Shown here: positions 56,740-64,000 of the stretch, in pieces
Position numbering within the stretch: position 1 is the first letter of the stretch
Layout: each line of letters starts with the position of its first letter
NCBI GenBank assembly: GCA_963664385.1
Contig: OY761157.1
Span: 1,207,634-1,271,633 of the forward strand
Direction of reading: 5' to 3'
Source of the DNA: Geopsychrobacteraceae bacterium
Lineage (GTDB): Bacteria > Desulfobacterota > Desulfuromonadia > Desulfuromonadales > Geopsychrobacteraceae
DNA: 64,000 bases
Notes under the pieces: model-generated
What the model saw: only the letters and a program-made list of their open reading frames with translations
Told to the model about the DNA's origin: nothing
Database searches by the model: none
Position numbers and translations under genes: made by a program

Positions 56740-58896
56740 TCAGACCACCTCGATCTTGTATTCCTTCAACTTCCGGTACAGGGTCGAACGGCTCAGACCA
56801 ACCATTTCAGCGGCCGTCGGAATGCAATTATTAGCTCGCAGCAACGCGGCCTCAATAGCAGCTTTTTCAATATTCTTAAGACACAGATTCTCACTCCCAA
56901 AACCACTGAAACTGGAGATATCATCAGCCTTGACCGGACTGGAATCCATAAGAATATAACGAGGAAGATTATGCGGCTCGATAACACTGCCGGTAACCGT
57001 ATTAATGGCGTGATGCATAGCGTTCTGCAACTGACGAACATTCCCTGGCCAGCGGTATTCATTGAGGATCCGCTCAACTTCAGAGCTGATTTCCGGCACC
57101 TCCCACCCTTGTTTCTGGCAGTAGGCATCGACAAAAGACTTCCCAAGCAGAGAGACATCCTTGTGCCGCTCACGCAAGGCGGGAATATACACAGTCAGAA
57201 CCGATATCCGATAATAAAGGTCTTCCCGGAAGGTCCCTTCCTCGACCATCTTCATCAGATCCTTATTGGTTGCAGCCAATAACCGAAAATCAACCTCTTT
57301 ATAGCGATTACCACCAATCCGCATGACCTTCTTGTCCTGCAGAGTTCTCAGCAGGATAGCCTGATGCTCGAGGGGCATATCACCAATCTCATCAAGGAAC
57401 AGAGTCCCGCCATGAGACAATTCTATCTTACCCGCCTTACCACAGCGCTCAGCACCGGTAAAACTGCCCCCCTCGTAACCGAATAGTTCGCTACCGACCA
57501 GCTCCCGGGGCAAAGCAGCGCAGTTAACGGCCATGAACGGGCCATCAGGCCGGAAGGTGTTATGGATGGAATGAGCAAACAGCTCTTTGCCGGTCCCGCT
57601 TTCACCAATGAGCAGAATATTTTCCGGAGACCCGGCAAAACGCTTAGCCTGAGCTATGGAGGTCTTAATTTCAGGGCTTTCACCCTGAATATCATTAAAG
57701 GTATAAGTTGCGGAACGCCCGGAACGGCTGTTGATCTGAGTGGCCAGCTTCTCACAGTTTATGAACTTGAGAATAACAACGTCCAGCTCCTTGGTATACT
57801 GGTTCATAACTGGCCGTGCGGAGATGCGATAAGCCTTGGCCTTATTACTTCCGACCTTGACACACTCCTCAAGAGTGAAACTCTCCCCCTTCTGAGCGCG
57901 CCGCATAATCATCGATTCGGCACCAAGGAATTCCCGGATATTACGGTTACCAGCCTCTTCTGGACGAACCTTGAAAATCCGAATGGCCTCGTTATTTATC
58001 TGCAGAATTTTGCCGCGCTTATCAACCGCAACCATCCCCTCATCAATAAAAGCAAAAGAGGCTGTCAGGGTTTTATGCACGCTGACCATTTTATCCCGGG
58101 CATTCTGCAGTTCACCGTTAAGACGGTCAATGTCACGACAGGCACAATCATAATCGTTACCGGCTTTGATACATTTGAGCTGCGTCTCAACCGCAACCGC
58201 GAGAGAAGAAATCAGCCCCAGGGTATGCATATAAAGATGGTTGATATTGTCATCATCAAGGGAATCGATCAGTGGCGGACTGAGAATAACCAGGGCGGCA
58301 TTCACCTCGCCGTTGGCATCGATAACCGGTGCCGCAGAGGCGATCCGGTTCTGCAGGGGAATACAATAATTTTCAGGTCCCAGCAACTGCACAGGACGTT
58401 TCAGACGGATACACAGCTCATGGGCTGAGGTCCCCTGATTTTCTTCATCGGCCAGAATACCGATCCGCGACCCGGTCGCCGAGATTTCCGGATCTTCAGC
58501 CCACACCCCCTCATGAAGCAGAATCAGACCCGAACGGTCAAAAAGGTAAAACAGATAACCGCAATCGACCATCTGCGGCTTAAAAGGCTGGATAAGTTTA
58601 GTTGTAATATCAATAAGTTGGCGATGCTTATCGCGAACTTTTGAAAGCTTGTCCTCACTTGGAATGGTGGAAACCTTGTAGGGATTCACACCCAACCGCC
58701 GGGAACGCATCCATGAGGCAGCAACCTCCTGATCCATACAGGGGTTTTTGCTCGGATCTTCCATGCGGTTGTTGAAGAAGTCTTCTTTACAGCGAAGAAT
58801 TGCCTGCCATCGTTCTTTGGTCAGTTTTTCCCTGCTTGCTCTGGCAAAAAGAACCTGTGCTCCCAGAATATCTGAGATCTGCTCTTTTAAATCCAT
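56740..58896 (-). CDS. Sigma-54-dependent activator, AcoR-like (GAF-like N-domain + PAS + AAA+ + HTH)
   Basis: Intact EBP core (GESGTGKE, GSFTGA, GGTLFLDEI, RERHKD). C-terminal HTH (AAEMVGLSRSTLYRKL). The ~230-aa N-domain resembles AcoR-type sensors. Confidence 0.9.
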   Translation of the reverse strand: MDLKEQISDILGAQVLFARASREKLTKERWQAILRCKEDFFNNRMEDPSKNPCMDQEVAASWMRSRRLGVNPYKVSTIPSEDKLSKVRDKHRQLIDITTKLIQPFKPQMVDCGYLFYLFDRSGLILLHEGVWAEDPEISATGSRIGILADEENQGTSAHELCIRLKRPVQLLGPENYCIPLQNRIASAAPVIDANGEVNAALVILSPPLIDSLDDDNINHLYMHTLGLISSLAVAVETQLKCIKAGNDYDCACRDIDRLNGELQNARDKMVSVHKTLTASFAFIDEGMVAVDKRGKILQINNEAIRIFKVRPEEAGNRNIREFLGAESMIMRRAQKGESFTLEECVKVGSNKAKAYRISARPVMNQYTKELDVVILKFINCEKLATQINSRSGRSATYTFNDIQGESPEIKTSIAQAKRFAGSPENILLIGESGTGKELFAHSIHNTFRPDGPFMAVNCAALPRELVGSELFGYEGGSFTGAERCGKAGKIELSHGGTLFLDEIGDMPLEHQAILLRTLQDKKVMRIGGNRYKEVDFRLLAATNKDLMKMVEEGTFREDLYYRISVLTVYIPALRERHKDVSLLGKSFVDAYCQKQGWEVPEISSEVERILNEYRWPGNVRQLQNAMHHAINTVTGSVIEPHNLPRYILMDSSPVKADDISSFSGFGSENLCLKNIEKAAIEAALLRANNCIPTAAEMVGLSRSTLYRKLKEYKIEVV

Positions 58897-59630
58897 GCAG
58901 TCCTCCTTCTACTTTGAAGTACCTTGGATCTTGTTTTTCGCTACACCCTGAACCACATCGTTACTTTACGGCTGCAAACATTAAGCCTGAAAAACAATCA
59001 ATCTCTCCGATCAGCGATTCTTCATTTCAAAACACTATAAAAAATAGTTTATTTAAAGTGAAAAAATTTTCAAACAATATTTCAAATGCTCACTTAATCA
59101 GCAGAGGCGCCATTATAACATAAGAGTCATTGTTTACCATAAAAAGAAAGTAACAGGTAGGCATCGTGGACAAAAACAGAAAAAAACGCATTAAAATAGA
59201 TACTTAACAAAAACCTACAAAAACTAGATTAAAATAAGACAGAGGCCAAAGTCAATAAGATTTCAGACAAACAGGATTTAACCAGCTGACAGATTTACCC
59301 AAAAACGCCCTGTCTATCAAGAGCAACAAAGCAGTTTCAAAATGACACAGCCAGCGCGAGACATTCTCAAAATAACACACTTGCAGGCCAGCATCATCTA
59401 CGCAGCAGCCATCGTTTAATATGGCCACCGAATAATTACTTATCCCTTTCTGCAACCTATCTTTAGCTCATCACCTTCCCCCCTGCGACTCAAACCTGTC
59501 ACCTTCATACACATATTTTTATCGTCGTCAAAAACAGCTTCCAGATATTGGGAAATCAACAGGTTAACCTGCCAATTACTGAAAACACCAAAGCAATGCA
59601 AAGTCATTATCAATCCCCTCCCTGTCTCCG

Positions 59631-59645
59631 TGGCACCGTTTTTGC
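59631..59645 (+). promoter_or_regulatory. Sigma-54 promoter upstream of the GNAT gene
   Basis: TGGCACcgtttTTGC is an exact consensus, 159 nt upstream of ATG 59804. Confidence 0.7.
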
Positions 59646-59672
59646 TCATTCGTTACCTGTGAAAAATTCGAC

Positions 59673-59779
59673 CAGCGGCCAGCGCAAAAACGGTTAAGGA
59701 CAGGGTGACACTGCCTAGGAACAGGCTCTCTGCTCCTTAACAGTCAGTTAAAATGCGCTGGCGCTGAAACACCCTGTCC
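59673..59779 (+). other. Structured 5' leader with two mutually exclusive (crossing) long helices
   Basis: H1 pairs 59673-85 (CAGCGGCCAGCGC) with 59755-66 (GCGCTGGCGCTG). H2 pairs 59698-707 (GGACAGGGTG) with 59770-79 (CACCCTGTCC). The strand order is a-b-a'-b', and a local hairpin sits at 59718-38. Confidence 0.5.
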
Positions 59780-59803
59780 CGGCAATAGTTGCAGGAGTTA
59801 GCC

Positions 59804-60280
59804 ATGACCTACCAGGTCAGATTAGCCAACAGCGATGATGAAAACCGGCTTCAAGCCATTCTTCAGGCCAGTGACATGGACCTGGTAAGCGACATTGAAG
59901 ATCATGTTGTCATCACCGATGAACAGGGAGTCTGTGGAGGTGGCCTGATTTTCCAGATGGACGAAAATTATTTTCATCTGCTGACTATCGCTGTCCGCCA
60001 GGAAGAGCGCAGCCGGGGACTTGGCAGCATTTTGCTTAAACAAATCATGACTCAACCATGGACCTGCTGCAAAGACGCCGTATTCACCCCCGGGAGACCC
60101 TTTAAGGTAACCACCGTAGCACGTGGCAAAAGCCGGCGTTTTTATGAAAAAAACGGATTTTCCAGATGTGAGTTCAATGACCTCTTCCCGCCCTTTATTG
60201 ACCAGTGTGACAACTGTCCGGATGTGGCCGGGTGCAATGGTGCAGCAATGATCTTTACCCAGGCAGAACCTCATGAGTAG
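59804..60280 (+). CDS. GNAT-family N-acetyltransferase with a C-terminal Cys motif
   Basis: Acetyl-CoA motif VRQEERSRGLGSILL and a C-terminal CDNCPDVAGC..AAM tail. Start set to ATG 59804, with AGGAG 6 nt upstream. Confidence 0.8.
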   Translation: MTYQVRLANSDDENRLQAILQASDMDLVSDIEDHVVITDEQGVCGGGLIFQMDENYFHLLTIAVRQEERSRGLGSILLKQIMTQPWTCCKDAVFTPGRPFKVTTVARGKSRRFYEKNGFSRCEFNDLFPPFIDQCDNCPDVAGCNGAAMIFTQAEPHE

Positions 60281-61061
60281 CAGTTTCAAATTACTTGGCT
60301 CCAGTGCGGGTCCGGGGGTGCCGTCATTCTTCTGCGACTGTTGTGGCTGTCAGGAAGCCAGACAAAACCCCCAGCTTGCACGCACCCGCAGTGGCGCCCT
60401 GCTGGCGATCGGCTCCACCAATATATTAATTGACACCACCCCGGATTTAAGAACCCAACTGATCCGCGAACAAATAGACACCATCGACAGCATCTTTATG
60501 ACCCACTGGCACTTTGACCACTTTGGTGGCATCGGGGAGCTGGAATATTATGTCAAACTGGTGAGAAAACAACCCCTGAACCTGTATTTACCTCCTAGTG
60601 CAATCAAGGAGTTTGCTGCTGCATTTCCAGGACTCAGCGATATTTTCAAGGTTATCCCCTGGCAATTTGGTCATCCGCACAGCATAGAAGACCTGACGAT
60701 CACACCGTTACCAGCTATACACAGTGTCGAAACAGCCGGTTTTCTGATTGAGTCAACCACCAAGCGGCTCGCCTATTTCCCGGATACTGCCGGACTCGAA
60801 ACTGAAGTTAAACAGATACTGAAAGGTCTGGACTGGTTAATTTGTGATGCAACCTTTACTGGGGACAACTGGTTTCCCAACAGTCATATGTCCATTGACC
60901 AGGCCATAGCACTCGGCGCAGAAATCGCCGCACAATCGACTATTCTCACTCACCTGGCCGTGCACTACAGTCAGGCGATGACAGTTACAGAGTTACAGCA
61001 CCAGATCAAGCCTCATGCCCAGGTTCAACTCGGCTATGACGGCATGTGCCTCAAGCTGTAA
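60273..61061 (+). CDS. MBL-fold hydrolase, PhnP-like phosphodiesterase family
   Basis: HxHxDH motif (THWHFDHFGG) and an N-terminal Cys cluster CDCCGC, as in PhnP-type enzymes. Overlaps the GNAT 3' end by 8 nt. Confidence 0.8.
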   Translation: MSSSFKLLGSSAGPGVPSFFCDCCGCQEARQNPQLARTRSGALLAIGSTNILIDTTPDLRTQLIREQIDTIDSIFMTHWHFDHFGGIGELEYYVKLVRKQPLNLYLPPSAIKEFAAAFPGLSDIFKVIPWQFGHPHSIEDLTITPLPAIHSVETAGFLIESTTKRLAYFPDTAGLETEVKQILKGLDWLICDATFTGDNWFPNSHMSIDQAIALGAEIAAQSTILTHLAVHYSQAMTVTELQHQIKPHAQVQLGYDGMCLKL

Positions 61062-61076
61062 CAAGGAAAGGGGATT

Positions 61077-61676
61077 ATGATGAAAATGTCCTTAGGACCG
61101 GAAGCCCTGGCTATCCCTTCACCGGTCTGGGTTGTTGGTAGCTACGGTATAAATGAGCAACCGAATATCATGGTTGTCGCCTGGGGAGCGATCTGCTGTA
61201 CCACTCCCCCCTGTATATCCATTGCCTTAAAAAAGACCCGGGCAACCTATTCCAACATCATGGAACACGAAGCTTTCACCATCAGCATTCCATCGCGGGA
61301 ATATCTGATTGAAACTGATTATGTCGGCATGGTTTCCGGAATATCTCATGATAAATTTTCTACTGCCGGACTGACTCCGGTACGCAGTAATGTCGTCAAT
61401 GCTCCATATGTTCAGGAATTCCCACTCATTATGGAATGTTCCTTGCTACATATGCTTGAAATTGGCTCTCACACCCAGTTCATAGGACAAATTATGGACG
61501 TGAAAGCTGATGAAGAAGTTCTTGGTGATAACGGATTACCGATTGCACAGAAGATCGATCCGCTGATCAGCAGTGCCTGCGAAAGAGCTTACTATGGCCT
61601 TGGTGATTACGTTGAACAAGCCTGTCTGCTGGGTGGTAACCTGCTGGAACCACAATTAGAAGAAGAGATTGACTGA
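61077..61676 (+). CDS. Flavin reductase-like (FMN-binding split-barrel) protein
   Basis: Flavin_Reduct pattern PSPVWVVGSY..QPNIMVVAWG..PPCISIAL... Confidence 0.75.
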   Translation: MMKMSLGPEALAIPSPVWVVGSYGINEQPNIMVVAWGAICCTTPPCISIALKKTRATYSNIMEHEAFTISIPSREYLIETDYVGMVSGISHDKFSTAGLTPVRSNVVNAPYVQEFPLIMECSLLHMLEIGSHTQFIGQIMDVKADEEVLGDNGLPIAQKIDPLISSACERAYYGLGDYVEQACLLGGNLLEPQLEEEID

Positions 61677-61752
61677 ACTTGAGGATTGCGACAACTTATT
61701 GCTGAGCTGTCAACGCTGACACCTCAGCCAACCGCTGATAGTGAGGGACATC

Positions 61753-62733
61753 ATGCAACTTATTGATTCTTTCGGACGCCAGATCAACTATCTTCGCCTG
61801 TCAATTACTGATCGCTGTAACCTGCGCTGTTTTTACTGCATGCCAGAAGGCGGCGTACACTCATGCATGCACGAAGACGTCCTCTCCTATGAAGACTTGA
61901 AAATCATTTCAGAGACCGCCGTCAACCTGGGAATTGAAAAAATCAGGATTACCGGAGGTGAGCCTTTAGTACGTCAGGGGCTTGTCCCATTTTTGGCCCA
62001 ATTATCCGGGATTCCCGGATTGCACCACCTTGCCATCTCAACCAATGGCCTGCTCCTGCCCAAAATGGCGCGCGATCTGTACTTTTCAGGGGTTCAACGC
62101 CTGAACGTCAGCCTTGATTCACTGAAACCTGAAAAGTTCGAAAAAATCACCCGTGGCGGCAAGCTGAAAAACGTCCTGGATGGCCTGGAAGAAGCGGTCA
62201 AGGTTGGCTTCCCGGCTCCGAAGCTTAATATCGTCGCTATGCGCGGCATTAATGACGATGAAATCCTTGATTTTGTCGAAATGACCCGCACCCACGGCAA
62301 CTCCATTCGTTTTATCGAGTATATGCCAACCCTGAAAAAGAAAGGCTGGCGGGACAACTGGATTTCCGGGCAGGAGATTCTTGACCTGATCGCAACCCGC
62401 TACCCCCTGGAAGAGGTTGATAAAGGTCCATATGCCGGTCCATCTAAAGACTTCCGAATTCCTGGAGCACGGGGAACCATAGGGATCATTACTGCTATTT
62501 CAGGTCATTTCTGTGCCCAGTGCAACCGCATCAGGATCACCTCGCAGGGCAAAGCTAAAGGATGCCTTTTCTCAAACCACGAAGTCGATCTTTACCCGTG
62601 GCTGAAGAAAGGGGATCGCGCATCCGTAGCTTACCTGCTCCAGGATCTGGTTCTCAAGAAACCTGAACGTCACGGTATGTCGACAGAAGGGTACGAACAT
62701 AGTAATTTCATCATGTCTCAAGTCGGCGGCTGA
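61753..62733 (+). CDS. moaA: GTP 3',8-cyclase MoaA (radical SAM)
   Basis: LRLSITDRCNLRCFYCMPE, RITGGEPL, and the C-terminal second-cluster motif CAQCNRIRITSQGKAKGCLF. Start set to ATG 61753 rather than GTG 61741. Confidence 0.93.
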   Translation: MQLIDSFGRQINYLRLSITDRCNLRCFYCMPEGGVHSCMHEDVLSYEDLKIISETAVNLGIEKIRITGGEPLVRQGLVPFLAQLSGIPGLHHLAISTNGLLLPKMARDLYFSGVQRLNVSLDSLKPEKFEKITRGGKLKNVLDGLEEAVKVGFPAPKLNIVAMRGINDDEILDFVEMTRTHGNSIRFIEYMPTLKKKGWRDNWISGQEILDLIATRYPLEEVDKGPYAGPSKDFRIPGARGTIGIITAISGHFCAQCNRIRITSQGKAKGCLFSNHEVDLYPWLKKGDRASVAYLLQDLVLKKPERHGMSTEGYEHSNFIMSQVGG

Positions 62734-62808
62734 TGCTATCGGCTGAAGGGCTTAAGTCACATAGTCCCAAACGCAATTTATTCAAAGCAGGAAAGGAATG
62801 TAAAGCTG

Positions 62809-63180
62809 ATGTTCAAGACTAAATTTGAAGACAATGAAGTCAACATTTTCATGAGCAAAGAAATCGTTGAAATGCTGACCAACAGCGGCGTCAACTATGT
62901 TGAAGTTTTCCGTCTTATCGAAAGTTTTTCCCAGAAACTTCTGGTTAAAGGTGAAGATGGTGAAATCAGGATGGAAAATGATGACACCCGGGCCACGATT
63001 GACCTCAATGTAAAATGGGATCTCGAAGCCAAAAAAGTTCAGATCGATGTTGTTGAAGTTAACCTCAACGGCATGGGTCCAAGGGATATGCCGAAAATGC
63101 CCAGCGGCGCCAAAGTTGACCTCGGCCAATCTGCCAGCACCATGGAAGAAATGGCCAATGTATCAACCGAAGCCAATTAA
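62809..63180 (+). CDS. Hypothetical small acidic protein (123 aa)
   Basis: Reasonable SD (AAAGGAA, 10 nt). Acidic beta-rich sequence, possibly amphi-Trp-like, but I cannot confirm the family from sequence alone. Confidence 0.55.
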   Translation: MFKTKFEDNEVNIFMSKEIVEMLTNSGVNYVEVFRLIESFSQKLLVKGEDGEIRMENDDTRATIDLNVKWDLEAKKVQIDVVEVNLNGMGPRDMPKMPSGAKVDLGQSASTMEEMANVSTEAN

Positions 63181-63205
63181 AAAGATTATTTAACAGGCTC
63201 CCCTT

Positions 63206-63922
63206 ATGTCCGGTAATCTCAAGACAACCAGCCGCCAGGCACTCCTGCTGTTTACCCAGGAGTTCCGCAAAGAGCGGAAGAATCTTGGTTTTGGAAAGCA
63301 GATGGACCATTCGGTCCATCTGGCTTTGCAGTACCGGACTGCCGATCTGCTGAGTAAATTTGAGCAGACCGATATCGTTATCGTTCACGGCGGAACCGCT
63401 CCACAACTGGGTAACGCACACTATCTTCCGGAACGCGGCCAAGATTTTAACAGTCGCTTCATCCATGCCCTGCAGGATACTTTTGCTCTGGGCTATGAGC
63501 GGGTCGTTGCGGTTGGTGGTGATATTCCGGGGCTGCAAAGCGAAGATATCAGCGCAGCCCTTGCAACCGATGATCTGGTCATCGGCCCAACCCATGATGG
63601 CGGATTTTATCTTGCCGCCCTGACCCAAGAGGATATCCCCCTCTTTAACAACCTGCCCTGGCGTCAGCAGAATCTCCTCGACCAGTTGACCCAACGTCTC
63701 CACCAGACTCAACGCAATTATCTCCTGATTGCCCGGCGTAAAGATATCGACCATGCCGCTGACGCCCGGCGGACTGCGACTCTGTTAATCAAGCTAGTCC
63801 GGCAGTGGCTCAAATATCTGCGCCTGACCCAAAATGTCTCCCATTGTATCTTTCTCTACCTGACTGATCGCCTTCCCGAACCACGCTATCACTCACGACC
63901 ACCACCACAACGAATCCTCTGA
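63206..63922 (+). CDS. DUF2064 / TIGR04282-type nucleotidyl(glycosyl)transferase-like protein
   Basis: Motifs VGGDIPGL and GPTHDGGFYLAAL are characteristic of DUF2064 proteins. Confidence 0.65.
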   Translation: MSGNLKTTSRQALLLFTQEFRKERKNLGFGKQMDHSVHLALQYRTADLLSKFEQTDIVIVHGGTAPQLGNAHYLPERGQDFNSRFIHALQDTFALGYERVVAVGGDIPGLQSEDISAALATDDLVIGPTHDGGFYLAALTQEDIPLFNNLPWRQQNLLDQLTQRLHQTQRNYLLIARRKDIDHAADARRTATLLIKLVRQWLKYLRLTQNVSHCIFLYLTDRLPEPRYHSRPPPQRIL

Positions 63923-64000
63923 TTAACGTCTTATTTTACTTCTCCCGCACCCCATTGAGCAGCAACCAGCCCTGCCACGGTTTACTGCCTGCGCCATGGC

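Noticed and set aside
59380-59390. 11-mer CTTGCAGGCCA shared with the module-2 sigma-54 promoter (56463-56473)
   Set aside because: Hundreds of chance 11-mer matches are expected in 64 kb. At 59380 the flanks do not give a GG-N10-GC promoter.
59252-59649. Two minus-strand ORFs (67 and 69 aa) in the gap upstream of the GNAT gene
   Set aside because: Neither has an SD or a recognisable family. The 69-aa ORF starts inside the exact sigma-54 promoter on the other strand. They are probably non-coding, but transcriptomics could revisit this.
62782-63129. 115-aa minus-strand ORF
   Set aside because: It is antisense to the small acidic protein gene. Its Phe/Asn/Ile-rich composition is what the complement of acidic codons produces.
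63065-63754. 229-aa minus-strand ORF
   Set aside because: It is antisense to the DUF2064-type gene, which carries family motifs. No motifs are present on this strand.
1-64000. Search for CRISPR arrays, tRNA/rRNA genes, IS elements, integrases and prophage genes
   Set aside because: I found no regularly spaced direct repeats, no tRNA-like or rRNA-like sequence in the intergenic regions, and no transposase, integrase or phage structural ORFs in the six-frame track.

Overview
This 64-kb chromosomal window is almost entirely coding. I saw no rRNA, tRNA, CRISPR array, IS element or integrase. Gene content suggests an anaerobic, sigma-54-rich proteobacterium, possibly Desulfuromonadales-like, but that is inference only. 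No database search was possible, so family calls rest on motifs read from the translations.

Layout:
1. 0-9.2 kb: a TRAP transporter, an SDR and a cytoplasmic BNR/sialidase-like gene. Next come a convergent PrpR-type sigma-54 activator and a pdxA-family / Fe-ADH / DapA-family operon behind an exact sigma-54 promoter.
2. 9.4-15.7 kb: a SPOR-NlpC/P60 lipoprotein, a hemerythrin-like protein, an MFS transporter, an orphan short RtcB, a CBS-DUF294 protein and a PAP2 phosphatase.
3. 15.8-23.1 kb: a translationally coupled type I R-M operon, hsdR-hsdS-X-hsdM, where X is an AlbA_2/Schlafen-type protein.
4. 23.4-34.4 kb: a co-directional urtABCDE-ureDABCEFG array behind a canonical sigma-54 promoter. 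Its divergent regulator fuses a cytoplasmic AmiC/UrtA-like sensor to a degenerate EBP AAA+ module.
5. 37-47 kb: Moco genes (mobB, moaE-like, moeA, a moeA paralogue), a dCache chemoreceptor, two MFS transporters and a TetR regulator.
6. 47.5-58.9 kb: an AcoR-type sigma-54 activator, two sigma-54-promoted Mo/W-bisPGD oxidoreductase modules without Tat signals, and a stand-alone radical SAM gene between them.
7. 59.6-64 kb: a sigma-54-promoted GNAT / PhnP-like / flavin-reductase operon, then moaA, a small acidic protein and a DUF2064-type protein.

The strongest candidates for undescribed biology are the AmiC-like degenerate-EBP urea regulator, the sigma-54-controlled Tat-less molybdoenzyme island, and the Schlafen-like gene embedded in the R-M operon.
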